Shown piece after piece: positions 1-15,324 of a stretch of DNA of 64,000 bases. The notes under the pieces were generated by a model. That model worked only from the letters and a program-made list of their open reading frames with translations, ran no database searches and was not told where the DNA came from. Source of the stretch: Chrysomallon squamiferum (lineage: Eukaryota; Animalia; Mollusca); NCBI GenBank assembly GCA_012295275.1, contig CM022672.1, positions 21,266,001-21,330,000 on the forward strand. The letters run 5' to 3'. Both the position numbers and the translations under genes were made by a program. Position 1 is the first letter of the stretch. Each line of letters starts with the position of its first letter.

Positions 1-479
1 CACAATTAATCACCCACTCGATGTAAGCGTTTATCAACCGAGGCAATGAATTACTGCGCAAACATTTAAAAACCCAGCTATCTCTATGCCTCGATTGTCC
101 CATTATGTTGTCCGTGACTTTAACAAACAATTTCAATAAAAGCAAACGAAACTCATTTTTTGCATCGATTTCGTTGAATAAAAACGTTCGCTTTTTCTAA
201 CTTCTGGAAAGCACAAACCGTGATTTATGTATTGAATTTTTTTTTAAAGTATGTTTAAGTATTATTTTTCTTTGTTTAATAAACAATCATATCTTCTTAA
301 TTAATATATAATTTATTTCTAATAAATATGGTTGTTTATCAGTATTAGATGAACTAGTGCAATGATCTATATAAAACTAGTTATATAAAAATATTAAAAA
401 TGCGTTCACTGATTAATATCCTGGTTTCTCAGTTACCTTTCTAAGATAAGTCCATGCTTACATATATAAAAAAGAAATG

Positions 480-725
480 CACACATACATACATACATAC
501 ATACATACGTGCATTCACACATATGCATATACATACATATACCTATACATATACATCCATACATGCATGCATACATACATATACATATATACATACATAC
601 ATGCATACATATATACATACAGACATGCATACATACATACATATATACATTCATACATAAATACATACATACATACATACATACATACGTACATACATAC
701 ATACATACATACATACATGCGTACA
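480..725. repeat. (ATAC)n degenerate tetranucleotide microsatellite
   Basis: Direct reading; source of the MYVC/YIHT pseudo-ORFs. Confidence 0.95.
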
Positions 726-3700
726 CAGATTCCTCCATTCCTTTAATCCTTACTAAACGAAACACCTGAAGATTTATACAAAAAATAATTACTTTTATTT
801 ATACCAGATTGCATTTTAATCGTAACGGATGAGCACATTTTAATCGGAACAATATCTATATAATTATGTTTACACAAATAACAATGAGCGTTGACTGCAG
901 TGGTGAACTCTGCCTTCATTCAAATCACAGTCGTGCTTAGTTCGACGGATGAGATTATAGTGACTCTTTATTTTTTCTGGCCCCCTTTTTTTTTTCATGT
1001 CTGATATTCTAGACAAATTACAAACTCTAAAGTTGCATTTCTTTACCCTTTCCATGTTTACCAGGGTTTAATGAATTTTGTTATCGCTTTGCCGTCAGTG
1101 CTAAAAGTATTTGCCCCGGGGAAGACGATATTGTTATGGCCCTGTCTCTGTCACGATAGACATTGTTACAGCAGCTTTCATCTCAGCAAGTCGACACCTG
1201 ACTACATCGTACGGATTATACTCTTGTCACATTTGAACGCCATCTTCGGTTGCCGGAATCAAGGGCAGATAATAACAAGAAAACATTCCGCCATTGACGA
1301 AGTTATTTCCTTTTGTTAAATGTGTTCGGTGTTTGGGAACCGAATACACACACAGAAACGATACATGCATAAACTGATAATTTTTTTTTTTTTTACTTGG
1401 ATGGTCTTTAATATAGTGTTGTTTAATCACTGAGAGCAAATCGTGGGAACATTATAATCGACGACTTGGTCACCTTAAGACCCCGAAGATAAACAGCCCC
1501 ATGGCGTTTAAGTAATTAGCATTTTCCTTCTTCAGTATTTTATTCTTCTGGGTGTATTGTAAAAATATTTTTCAATTTAGTCGATTGTTAAACGAACATG
1601 TTAAAACTCATCGCATTTAATAACCGAAAGAAAAAAAAAGGACCTTGACAACCAGTTTAGTTAGAAAGCAAAAATAATGAATATTTAATTACCAATATTA
1701 GTACAGTTTGCGCTTCATAAGTTTAATGTTCAGTTATTAAATGTGCAGAAGGTTTAAAATATAGATAAAATTAAAAACTGATATCTGATATTCGGTGATT
1801 GTTCTTTGCTTTTGGTTGATTTTGTTGTTGTTGTTTTTTTTATTGTTATTATCATTATCATCATTATTTTTACTGTTATTGTTAACATCAACATCATCAT
1901 CAATCATTATCATATACTTAACTGATATACTTAAAGGTCCTTACTATTCTCAAACGGTTATAAAAGCATAACATCACACGACAGCAAAATATATCAACCT
2001 ATATGCGGCTTAATTGTGTTTTCTGTCAATTTTTAATGATTTAATGTGTAAAATTTTACTATCATTTTTGTTATTCGTTTTATAAATCATGCATTGTAAA
2101 ATGATATATGGTTCTAGCGGAATGCAACATAAAATAAATTAAATAGAATTTTGGATTATCTTTTTTTTTTTTTTTTTTTTCTTTCTTTCTTTCTTTCTTT
2201 CTTTCTCGTTATATAATATGATATTTTATTCAGCTTTTATAACATTTTTGCTTTCATTTGGTGATCCACAACGTCATATCACATTTCTGCCGTTGTTAGA
2301 TATATAACGTGATATTGTATTTCAACCATCGTTATGTATATCATTATATTTCTAGATTTTCCTATTAATGGCACTGTCACCTGACCGCGATGAAACGTGC
2401 TTGAGTAATTTCAATTCTGACGCCGCGAAGCTCTAACAATAACGCACTGTCACTTCATGAAAGTTTTGTCGTACACACCTCTGAGCGCAAACACGATAGT
2501 ATCTTTTGAGCGATGAATTTGCAATAATTGGTTAAATGATATAAATTACAAACCATTACTATAGGCAATCGACATGACAGTAACACGGTAGTACCATTAG
2601 TCCATAATTCAAGTACATCATCAGAGCTTCTCACTTCGTCTAGCCCTTTGTGGCGATGCTTCCGATTCTAGGCGTATTAATTTCCATCTGAATATTATAT
2701 CAGTCTTTCGGGCGAGTGAACAAAATTTGATAGGCAGCGGACGAGAACCCGGGACTTGTCGCACGGTCATCAGAAAGCATGACAGACTCGCAAACGAGCC
2801 CCCGCTGTCTTCCCGGAGACGAAACTGCTAGAGCCCGGACCGCGACGACGTGCAATGAAAACAAGTTGTTGTCATGCCGTGTTTCTGTCATTGTCATCCC
2901 GCTCGCAGTAATTAAAGCCTTAACGTTGAAAGTTACGAAGTAAATCTTGGCGATTTTAGTTTAATTTCCTGCGATGCCAGCGGGGTAGCATATACCTTGT
3001 CGTTTTTCGTTTGATTGGGTGGACAATGCAGCATGCTTAATGCATTAGTTAGTGAAAATCAAAACTCGACAATAGAGTTCTGGAATTAACACTGCACAAT
3101 GGTTAATGGATTGTTATTGTGCTTCTAGCGGTATTTTGACAGCAAGAAAAAAAAGTTTGTTTGTAACGTCAAAATCACCGAAGTGTTTTGATTATTATTA
3201 CGTTTTTGTTTGTTAAATAAAAAACTAGTTCTCTTTATACAGAATGTAAACTATCCGTACGTCTGTTTATCGCTGTATGTGTGTGTTACGTACGTCTACT
3301 TTACAATTTATCTATCCATTTATTATTTACAGTTAATCTAATACTAATGACAGGAGTTATATTACTGAAGTTAGCAATCAAATTAAAATTAAAAAGTTAT
3401 TTTATAGCTAGTTTGAGAATTTATATCAACAGTGTAAATGTACCTACCATTCTCTCTCAGTTCCCATTTTTTTTTTCAGTCATTTCGCCATTGTAATCAC
3501 CCATTTCCCCCATTTTACCAACCACACCGTCTATCCGCCTTCCCATCACAGTCAAAATTATACAGAGTAATTTAATACATCAGTTTATATTTTATTTTAT
3601 CCTTAATTACTCTTTCTTACTCATTTCCCCCCCAAAAAATAAAGCTTCTCGTTTTTCTCCCGGCTTTCTCACCTGTGTACTAATCTCACTCATGTGTTAG

Positions 3701-4251
3701 TCACTTTAGTTTCATTACAACCACTTTGTGCCAATAAATAATTGATTTTCTTTATAAACATGCCATTTGTCCAGGTAACAATAACCTGCGTAATTACAGC
3801 TATAAAGGTAATGATATATCTCTTGCAAATACATGTAGCCGTCTTTAAAAAGCCTCATGTTAAAGTTAATTTGTGTTGTTATTTTAACTGGAAACTAAAT
3901 ACGTTTTTCTATTGCTTTTATAAGCCTTGTCCTCGCTATCGTCACAGGTGCGGCGTGAAGATACGACTATTAATGGTTACACTATTAAATCCTCGACAAT
4001 GTACGTAGTCCCATGAAAATTTCATAAAACACTTTCTCAGATTTCGCCTTTAAAGATGATACCAATGATGAGTTCTCTTGCAGTATTTTATAACATATTT
4101 GTTAGCAGTCGATCTGTTTGAAATAGTATATCTTTACGAATTCACACTTGTATGCGAATACTTTTTTGAACAGTTGAAAACCTTTTATCTGTTTCGAGCT
4201 GAATTTGAATTTTTTTTTTGGTGTGTTTTGTTGTGGGCTTTTTTGTGGTGG

Positions 4252-4255
<4 letters not shown>

Positions 4256-4294
<39 letters not shown>

Positions 4295-5070
4295 TGTTCA
4301 TTATTTTTTTTATATTGTCTTATAGCTGTATTATGTTATGTTATATTGTGTTATATTACATTACATTATATTATATTATATTATATTATATTATATTATA
4401 TTATATTATATTATATTATATTATATTATATTATATTATATTGGACTGTATTGTATTATATTATTCAGTATTATGTTGTGTTATATTATACGTTATACTA
4501 CACAAAACTACACTATACTACATTATACTTCTCTGCTCTGCTCTACGCTAGACAATACTACACTACCCTACCCTACCCTGATCTACCCTTTCCTACCTTA
4601 CCCTTGATTATACTGCACTGCATTACATTATATGCTATACTAAACGACTCGACTCTATCCTACCTTACCTTACTTTATCTTATCCTATTCTACTCCACCT
4701 ACCCTGTACTAACGCTCCACACTGTACTGTCCTACATTCCTCTGTCCTAACCTATCTTGCCCTACACTATGCTATGCTAAACCACACTACACAAACCATA
4801 TCATAATTATCACTTCTCGCCACACAATACCTGATCACAGTACATTATAATACACTACACCACACGTCTATAAAATATCACATTGCTTTAAATGTATCGT
4901 CATTCCGCCATTGTATTATAAATGTATATATTGCAGTGCATTATTGTACGTGTATTGTATTTAACAGTATTATCTCATCATTATGGTCATTAAAGTATAT
5001 TATATCACATTATATATCATGATATGGTATCGTATCGTATCGCATCATATGGGTAGTGCATGGCATCATA
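4256..5070. repeat. (TG)n followed by a long compound pentanucleotide tract (TTATA, CTACA, CTACC, GTATT, GTATC)
   Basis: Direct reading; the 5-bp period persists, with interruptions, while the motif changes. Confidence 0.85.
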
Positions 5071-5093
5071 TGTCGTATAATTATTTCTTCCAT

Positions 5094-5133
5094 TGCACCT
5101 TCCAAGGATAAAATGCACCTTCCAAGGATAAAA
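5094..5133. repeat. Perfect 20-bp tandem duplication TGCACCTTCCAAGGATAAAA x2
   Basis: Read directly at 5094-5113 and 5114-5133. Confidence 0.95.
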
Positions 5134-6618
5134 TTAATGTGCAAAGAGCAATATTGCTAAACCGATTCTCCTAATGATTTCAGCAACTGAAAGAAAAACA
5201 AATCCACGTATCTACAAAACATCAGGTTTAATAGCCTTTTGTGATTTAGTCTTCTAATGCCGCAAGTCTATGACAAGTCCTTAATATAGTTCACTAGCAG
5301 CACACGGTTAACGTATAAAAGGTTGAAAGTCATTTCCGTGAAATAAATCCCGTGCCTGTGAATGAACGCCGGGACTCCCATGCTCGTGTCTGTCCGTATG
5401 TCCGCTCATTATCGCAGAGCGGAGATAAAACATAAAACCGAGTCACTTCTAAAATCCTAATTCTACAATTAGGCACCTCATTTAGGTGCGTGAACATGAT
5501 TTAATGTGTTTCAGAGTGCTCTGCTATCGCTGTTGTACTATGCCGATCACACGAGATCGCGACCTCGTGTTAATTGTGTTTTAGTGATGTATTTTAATCT
5601 CTTTTTACAGTCTACGGAAATAATTGTTTGGTTTTCGTCCCTGCAGCATTTTTTTCGTTTGGAACTCTCTGAGCCAGATGTGAATATTATGCCTTTAGAT
5701 ATGTACCAATATTTCATTCAAAGGTTAACAAATCAAATATTCAAAAGTAACAATATTGAGATATCATCGTCGATGGCAACATAGAGAGACAGAGTAGAAG
5801 AACATTTAATTAGATGATTTTCATCTCTACATTATTGTCCTACATAGTAGAGCAATTTCATAAGATCTGAATACTGATGGTTATTATAAATATCTCTATT
5901 GCCATCACATGTAAATAGTATCGTTTTGTTATTGCTGAAACCATCTAGCAAAACTTAGATTTTGTTAATGAACTTACCTTTTCAAAATTATTAAAGCAAA
6001 AGCCATAGAATGAATGCTATAAAGGTATATTTCGGATATTTTTTCTAGCAGCAAGAAATGCAGGCATATTCTGGACTGTTGAAGAAATATTATTTTTGTA
6101 CAGTGATACTTGCTAATAGCTAAGTTGTATATTCCTGGAATTTATCCTCTTCAATGATACTACTGGGATTCTTTTTGCACCTTAGTCGAGGTTCTAAAGC
6201 AAACATTCCACAGCTCTCTACAAACCATAATTTAAACAACAACGGCCTAAATGAGAAACAAAAGTGATTAGTGGTCCACGGATTGCGGTAAGACAATACA
6301 GACCTGCTTGCTGTGATTAATTCTAAGTGTTATCTGCTTTGGGTCACCCCACTCTTTTACCGGGCCGTGACCAGTATGGTTAACTATTGTAGAAGTCATT
6401 CGGTACAAAAAGCTCGTCTTAAGTTATGGTTTTATAGTAGAACGAAAGAAAAGATGACAGATATGGCAAACACAGTCGGAGATGTTCTTTTGTGTTGTCA
6501 TTATAATAAGTCTTTAATAAACAATTATCTGATTTTGTCCGTAGAAAAAATTCAACGCAAATCCAGATTTCGAAAAAAAAAAGTTGAAAGATCAATATTA
6601 AATTATAAATTATTATAT

Positions 6619-6655
<37 letters not shown>

Positions 6656-7081
6656 TTTTGAGCGCCATTTCGAATTATTATTTCATTTAATCATCGTATG
6701 CGTGATGTCAGGGGCAATGACTAAACTAAGGCGCGGCAAATACGGCACTTAAAGGTGGCGCCACTGAGAACTTTCTGTTGAATATGACGCCTATGTTTGA
6801 GTTGATTTTATGGTAAAATTATCACAAAAATGTTTGGACAGGCGCTTGCCTTAGGCCTGGTCAGGCCTTTAAGATTTCTGATATTTATAGTCAGATAAAA
6901 TCACTATATTTTTCTTCTATATGTGCGTGCACGTGCTAAAGTTAGGAACGCACGTACCAAGAATTTAAGAAAATGACTGCAAATCAGCAATAGCTGTAGA
7001 ATGAAAGATTCATTTAGCGACCTTTTCATCTCAGAACTTATAGGGAATGAATGAATGAATGTTTAAAATGTTTATCCATAA

Positions 7082-7127
<46 letters not shown>

Positions 7128-8494
7128 AAACAGGCTTATATGATAAATCAAAATAAAATAGTTAAAAGTTAAAATACAGCCTAAGGTTAAAAACAGCTGT
7201 CCATACATACATATATTTATAAATATTTGTATCAGATAGAACTAACAGGAACAGCATTCTTTGTTAAGATAGTATTGCTTATAAGTAGATAAAAGTTTTT
7301 TTTGTGTGACTTAGGCCATACTTTCTGGTCCTTGACCAGAAACGACCCTAACCCATTCCATGTGATTATAATTCGCTTACAGAAATAATAGTACATATCT
7401 CCGACACATAATTTCCAGAGTGGTGGTTCTTGTTAACAGCGCCGCCTACCGAATGGGACAGATGCCACTTTCCAGACGACCATTTAGCATTAGTCACAGG
7501 TAGTTTGGTCGGCGGTAATCACAGGCCTCGGACTGTACTTACGGCTTGGAAGCTCTTTATTTGCAAGATTAGCCTGATGTGGCCATGAGGTTTTGTGTGG
7601 GTATTATCCTGTTATTTTAGCTGTGAAATTCAGCCAAGGTCTTCAGTGCGTAATTGTCAGTGTTTATTTCACTAAATTGAACAGTTTAATAAAGTCACTA
7701 GCAATTTACGAATAAAGAGAAACAGTCGTCCAGAAACAGGTCTTTCAGCTCAGCCAGTAATTTATGGCTTGGCGAGAATCGTTCTGCGTATGCTTTGCTA
7801 TTTTCTCAGACTTAATAATATTGGATTAAATTTAATGTCGCTCCATTGAACATTCAACCATTTAGTAAAAATATATACATACACATCCAGCACTCAAAAC
7901 AAAATGAAAAGAAGATGAAAAAGATAATATTTTGTATTTTCACATGGAAATTTGAGTTGATTTTGTTTTATTTTTCATAAAAAAAAAGAAGTAAATTTGA
8001 TACCATCAGTCTGTTAGACGCATCACAAAAATTAAAGGATTTTCTCAGTTTTACACAGAATAAATGCCCAGTTTTGTAGAAGGAAACGCTATAATCCAGG
8101 TTTAACAGGACAATCGTCAAAGATTGCGACGAAGATAAATCCTTTATTCAGATATTAAATGAGTTAGCAAGATTAAAAAAACCGGTTCAAAAAGTGGGGG
8201 CAAAAACAAACTGAAAATATCGGTTCGTGATTCAAAGAATTTTGGAAGGATCATAATTTTATCAAGAAAAGGAACTGACGATAAAGAATAAAGCTATATT
8301 TTAGACTGTTAATTATCAAGATAGCTACTGGGATAAAAGTGTTATTAATACGATGCGCTGAAAAAGAGGGGTAAAACGGAGAGAGAGGTAAAAAGGGATG
8401 TAATTTAGTGGATGAAAACATCCAGTCAACATATCAGTGTTTTTGTACACACCTGTACAATTGTTATACAGCAATTACCGGGTTTTTATTTCTT

Positions 8495-8563
8495 TTAATT
8501 TAATTTAATTTTTATTATTTATTTATTTAAATATTTATTTATTTATTTATTTATTTTTATTAA

Positions 8564-8621
<58 letters not shown>

Positions 8622-8630
8622 TTATATATA
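8495..8630. repeat. (TTTA)n/(TTA)n microsatellite
   Basis: Direct reading. Confidence 0.9.
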
Positions 8631-11600
8631 TATTATTTCAATTTTTTCTTCTGTTTTTTTTAGTTTTGTAAATTGTATGTCGTTATGGAAATATTTTTCT
8701 TGTCTACAAACTCAAAACATACGGTTCCAGTTTCATTTAATAATTATTTAGATTATTATTATTTTTTTTTATCAATTTCGGGATTATGGACGAATAATTG
8801 TTTTATAAATAAATAAATAAATAAATAAATAAATGAACATTTTATCTAATGCAAATTAACTTTATACCATCTTTATAATAACTACCCCCAAGACTTTATT
8901 TATTTATAATCATCATCATCACGATGACATCAATTCTACTAACCAGATCTTCACATAATAAAGCATATCTTTGCACATTTTCTTAATACCTAACAAATGA
9001 TTTATCCGAATATTAATCAGTCTCTAACTAAACAATCATTACTTGCAAAAACATGGGACTGGGTACACGACATGATTACAACTCATAATTAAAACCCAAA
9101 AAGCCATACCAAAAAAAAAACAAAACAAAAAACAAGAACGTATAAGACAATCACCGACAGAATCCGTCAAGTCTAGGCGCCTGTTGCTTTCTTTATCCTG
9201 GTTTATCTCGAGTTCTTGCAATTCTTGAATGTCATCTCCCAGATCGCACAGATTGCCAGCAAACAACATCGAGCGCATCGAATAACCATTCTCATGAAAG
9301 ACGTCTTAATTGTAGATTTGAAATTGGACAAATTAGCCGCACACGTTCCTTGTAACGGCTCGTTTGTGAGCCCAGAACCTCGCTGACGTCTCGCAACGTT
9401 CACTGACAGACTTGTCAAAGTGTTCTCAAGATTCGCGTCAGATAAAAACAGTACAGTGCGATGACTTATCAGATGATTTAGGAGAAAGGTGTTTCTTGAA
9501 TTATTGTCGTTCCGCGTTTTCGCGTCGCTCTTTGTTTCTGTTTCGGTTTTCTTTTGTTATCTTTTTTTTTTCTTCCTCTTTTTTTTTTTTTTTTTTTTTT
9601 TTTGGACAATGTATTGGAATGAAGATTTAAGATCTTTGTTTAATTATATTCTTAGAAAGAACTCCCGTAAATTATTAAACGAGGCCAGAGTTGTTGAATG
9701 AATGAAGGAAGGATTTGCATTTCATTTTGTTTTCGTTTAGAAATGAAGAGATATTGCTTCTGGGTGTTTTCATGAAAAGAACAAATTAAGCAAACAAACA
9801 AAATAAATAAATAAATGTATATATATTTTTTTTTTTTTTTATGTTATTATATTTTTTTTTTTATGTTTGTTCTATTATTAGATTGTTAGAAAGAATTAAT
9901 TTTAACGACAACATTAAAAAATGTTAATTTATGATGATTCGATTTCATACTTCATAGGCTTCATTGTTTTAATTTTGTTCCACTACTTTAAAAAAAAAAA
10001 AAAAAAAATAAAAAAAAAAATTCAAGAATCCTGGTATGTAACTTATAATAAAAACGTATATACCTAATCTATTGTCACACCCGTTAAACACCTTCCACTA
10101 ACATACACAGACAAATTAAGGCTGCATGCCTGTGTACCAGTGTCAAATGATCTGTAATAAAAATACTTAGCCAGCACCACATGTTCTATGCTGTATGTCA
10201 CAGCGTCAAAAAAAAAAAGATGAAAGGGACCAAAAACATGGTACAATATCAACAAAACAAGGGTAAAGCCTTTAAAGAAAAAACCACCAACATTTGCCAC
10301 CGATTATGGCAACAACATAGCCAAGAAACGGCTTTAGCTTTTGCTTAATTCGTGTAAACATATTTTGTGTAAAGAAAACACGACTTAGCAGAATGGATTT
10401 CGTCTCGGGTGTCAGGCAATTGGGGGAAAGATAGTGAATTATTACCTCGCTGATTGACAATTCAAAGCCATGTATTGCCAATCGAGATGCGTTTTTCCTT
10501 TTACTGTTTGGATAGTTATTAAGTGATTGAGGCCGCGATGATGTACCTCCTGCCTTTGAAGTCCAACCACCTGACGAACCAACTGACAACCCGGGCCTGG
10601 GGCAACGTCTCGGATTTCACAAGAGAACAGAAGCTCGGGATGTGATAACTCTAATGAAAAAACATCCTACAAACATAAAAGACACACAGAGACTCAACAA
10701 ATCGTGGTCTCTCGATTGTGGAAACCTAAAAAAAAAAGAAAAATGTGTGTATGTGTCTTCGTCGTGAAGTGTGTTTTCATACTTTCTCAAGCAAGAAATT
10801 TAAATTATTTTCAAGAGCATGTTGAAAGTTTTCAGTTCTGTTCCGTGACTGAGGCATGATCTTTTCTGTAATCCTCTTTCTAACATCAGGTGCTAAATGA
10901 GAGGCGGTTAATAAAAGAGGAAAATATACAATTACACGTCAGTTGTCTCTGTACATAGTTCTACATCTTTTCACAGAGCTTGTGTGCTTCTTTCTTTCTT
11001 GCTTCATTTATTTATTTATTTACTTATTTATTTATTTACTTATTTATTTACTTACTTACTTATTGTTTGTTTCGTTTTGTTTTATTACATATTTATTACA
11101 CACATATACATAGAGAGATGAGTGGATGGATGGATAGATAGATTGAAAAGAAAGATACATATACATATATGTATATTTATTTTATTTATTTGTTTGTTTG
11201 TTTGTTAATTCCAGCGATATGATGACTAATAAATTTGGTTTTAAAGAAAATATTATTTAGAAATCTAACCTCAATCATAATAGAAACCTATTTTGTTTCA
11301 TTCACTGTCATATTCTCTTCCAAGTGATAAAATGTCTGATAAATGATTGATTTAAAATAGTGAAGTGAGCAGACAAATTACACTAAATATTTTTGACTAA
11401 CAAAAATGACAATGGCTGGATTCATTTGCTTGGTTCGTACAGACTTAAAACATAGAAACAGTCATTTCTCAGCTATGTCTAACAAAATATTTCTAAAAAA
11501 ATATTTGTAAAATGTTCTTGTATTTAATAACAAAACTATTCAAACATATGATATGGGAAGGCAAGCCTTAGCACATTTCCAGGTTGCAATGAGAAAACTA

Positions 11601-13104
11601 TCTAAAAATTATGATTTAAAAAAAGCCTTTCCCCTTTATTCTTTTGCATCATTCAACTTTCAGAGTTTTCTTTGAAGGCATATCGTTTATATTATGAAGA
11701 AAAACTTTATTGCTATTGAAAATGCCTGGTTTGGTCAGAATTATTTGGCAAATTCAAAGAAATGTTCAGGAAATACCTAATTCTGAAGTTACCATTCTGA
11801 AATTGTCGTTATCCTTTATTTTAACAAATTAGAGTTGACATTACAGCGATATCTGATTTGGATCAATGTAATGACACTATTCCTTTTGACTAATTCTCAA
11901 ACCCATGAACCTAACATGATCTCAGTTAGATGACACTCGAATGGACAAAACCGGCATGTTTCTGTCAGTCCTCCTCTGATTAACACTTTAAAAACTTTCC
12001 CAACAACATCCAAACAACCATCCATCTAACACGGTTTACATTATCAATGATACAAATGTTCATTTTCAGTCTGGGTCATTACCTCCGTAATTGTAGTTCT
12101 TTGATCGTTACGAGGAAAACTATACTGGCAAACAGACAATATTCGTCTTGACATATGACTTGACTGAGGACAGATTCGTTCGTTTAAACACACAAATCGG
12201 AAATAAATTAAACCTCTGCGCCTGAAAGAAAAAAGGCAGCGATAAGGCACACAGCTAACTCATCAATCGCCATAAGACTTCGAAATCAAGGGAAACAACT
12301 TTGCGTTATTAATGGCTTCTGATCGTGGCAAGCATGTAGACAGATGCCACTTGTATAATTATGGGGACACGTTTGCTGACAGAAGAGAGGAAAAACGACA
12401 CAATATTAGGCTGATCGAATTATCTGCTGTATCTATTTCCGATTAAAGAGCTAACGACTTTTATAACCAATTATTAAATCCCGGCGCGAACGACTACCAG
12501 CTTCGGAACTCCCCGGGAGCATTCGACTGGCAATGAAAAGATCTAGCGTTGCAGAACTGGAAATGTCGAAAATGTTACGCCTGACACTTGTGTCGGAAGA
12601 CCTGCAACCCAACTATTAATTTGCATACATTATTTGAAGTATCATCAATTACACTTGATTAATATCGCCAAATTACATGCCGCTTGCCAAACGCATTAAA
12701 TTCGGTCGCATACTGCCACCATCTTTGTTAATGTGAATTCGTCCGAAACCGTAACGTCGTGTGTTCTACAGCATGATTAGTTTGCGGTATATTTTTCCCC
12801 CAAATAAGAATAATCAATCGAATAAAAATTACAAAACCATTTGTTAAATAGTAGGGACCAAAATACGTAATATGAGATACGGGAGAAAGAAAAAAAAAAA
12901 AAGATTTTTAAAGTTAAATGTCGCATGCTTAGCCAACTTCAGTGTTAAATACCGCATCTGTTCAAAGCAGGGCTAACGAAAAATCACAGGTTGAATGACT
13001 GGAGATAGGGGTGCTGCTGACTGTGCAGATAATAACAGTTCTGTGTGGACGATGGTGGCGAGAAGTGATGGTTGTATCAGAGGGGTTTTCCTTGCTAGTG
13101 TTAA

Positions 13105-13580
13105 AATAGTAGTACTAGTAGGAAGAGGAGGAGAAGTAGTAGTAATAGTAGTCGTACTGGTGGTGGTGGTAACGGCGACAGTAGTAGTAGCAGCAGCATT
13201 GGAATAATTTATAATTGTAAACCATACATTCATAGTGTTAGTTTAAATAACAGCAAATTATAATATACTAATAGCAGTACTAACAGCAGTTAAAATACTA
13301 ACAGGAGTAATAAAATAAGTAATACATTAGTAGTGTTAGTTTTAATAATAGAAATATAAGAAATAGTAAATTATAATAATAATAACAGCAGTGATGGCAG
13401 CAGCAGTGGAATGGGTAATAATAACATGACACTGTGCACTGTACTCGGTATTAAGAATGTTCACTATTAATAATAATAATACGATGAAATATAAGAAATA
13501 ATAATAGTACTAAATGCAGTGCTAAGAGCAGGAATGGAATAAATAATAAATTTGTTGTATTAATAATAGAACAATAAGTT
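13105..13580. repeat. Degenerate trinucleotide low-complexity tract (TAG/TAA/CAG)
   Basis: Direct reading; explains the Thr/Val-rich ORFs at 12973-13233. Confidence 0.75.
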
Positions 13581-15324
13581 AAAGTAAATCGCAACAGCAG
13601 TGATATCAGGAAAGGTTAAAGAAGTAATACTCCTAACATCAACAATCCGGCGAAAAGAAGACGCCTTGTTAGGAAAACAGAAATCCTGTGAAGAAAATTA
13701 CATAGGCTGTCAGTCAATGTTATTATCACTATCATTAGTGTCTCATTATCGTCATTTATTTCTAGTTATTTTCTCAATAATAATTATCCCTTTTTTGTCG
13801 TTTTAATATGTGTTTATGAAGCGGGATCACTCACGGTGAAAAATTGTTCACAGATGAGCAAACGTTTTGATGCGACTAAACAAAACAAAACAAAATCTGC
13901 TTGTATATACAATTTTTTTTCGACTTCGAAATATATAACTTCTAACACGATGGTTTGCTTGTATCCTTTAAAGAATCAAAAGCCTGCCACTAGTGCAGAA
14001 GGTAACAAGCGCGTGTCGGGTTACATGACTCGTCCAACCGTGAATTCCACGCAGGACAGGTAGCGTGAGATAGCGAGTCACTTCCAATCTAAGGTAGGCC
14101 TTGTTAACCAGCACGGTCAGTGGTTTTGACAGGCGAATTGTCTGGTTCGTCCCCCCACTAATTTAGAACGAACGGATGACTGGATCCATAATGATAGGTT
14201 AAAGGAAGTCTACGGCAGGAAATCCCCCTCATTTTGCAGATTAAGTCGTCAAAAGGCGCTGAAAAATTACGTCGGTTTTTTTATAACGTTGCTAATACTC
14301 TTGGGATCACCAAAGGTGCCGGTTTTTAACCTCTGCGCCACTAAAACAGAGTGTGATGAAGTCGTCGGTAACGCGAGCGACACGATGATCAAGTACCACC
14401 TCGTTACCTTTTCTGAAGCCGATGAAAATCTCTGTAGATCTTTATTTATGCCATCATCGAGCCTTTTTCAGATAAGACGGTTAGAGAAAAGAAAAAGAAG
14501 TCTGTGGACGTTTCAGAACAGGGACTAAGCAGAGTGAGAAAAGCATTTCTACAGTCAGTGAATTATCTACGAACTGGTTTTATTTGAACTACATTTCTTT
14601 TCTTTTTTTTTTTTTTTAAAAAAATAGAAAGAAAAAAATTATCACGCTGGTTTTCAAAAAAAAAAAAAAAAAAAAAAATTAATTCTTAATGTATTCGGAT
14701 AAGAAGAGTGGTTCATTTTTTGTCCCGAAGCCAATCAAATCCCAGGAAAAAAATGTTTTTTATTCTTAATAATGGATTTTGAAATAAAAAATGCAATCTA
14801 TTTGTTGTTATTATGCTTAAAGACATTTTTCAGAAGACTACATATATTAAAGAAAGAAATAATGTTGTACAAATCCACACGCAAAACAGAGACATGTAGA
14901 TTTAAGCTCTAAACAGACAAAATAATATTTTAATAAATAATTCGGCGCTATACAACAACGAAACAACAACAGCAACAACATTAATAATTAAAATAATAAT
15001 AATAACAGAATAACAATTTATTAATTGCAAATTTAGTTGCAGATTTTAATATGGCATAATGTAAATACCGACGAATAAATAAAACGATTTTTATTATTAC
15101 TTTTAGTAAATAAATTTAAAATAAATAGAATATTTTATTTCAGAAGTGGATTATGTTTTTTTTTTGCAATAAATGAAAATAGATACATCGCATATAAAGA
15201 CCATAATTAGAAAAATAAAACCTAAATTTTTAATTTTTTATGATAATATTTAAAAAAAAAAAAAATTGTTAATAATATTTTCTACCTGTTGCGCCTCCAA
15301 AAACAGCATGACAAAAAGTATAAT

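Noticed and set aside
433-769. MYVC/YIHT-type ORFs here and at 4078-4750, 15250-15660, 17976-18778, 25032-25412, 34501-35005, 41323-41760, 51148-51504
   Set aside because: Translations of stop-free microsatellites, open in several frames.
9039-9418. Protein-like minus-strand stretch (DLGDDIQELQELEINQDKES)
   Set aside because: No recognisable domain, weak splice sites and no partner exons. Treated as non-coding, though a BLASTX check is worthwhile.
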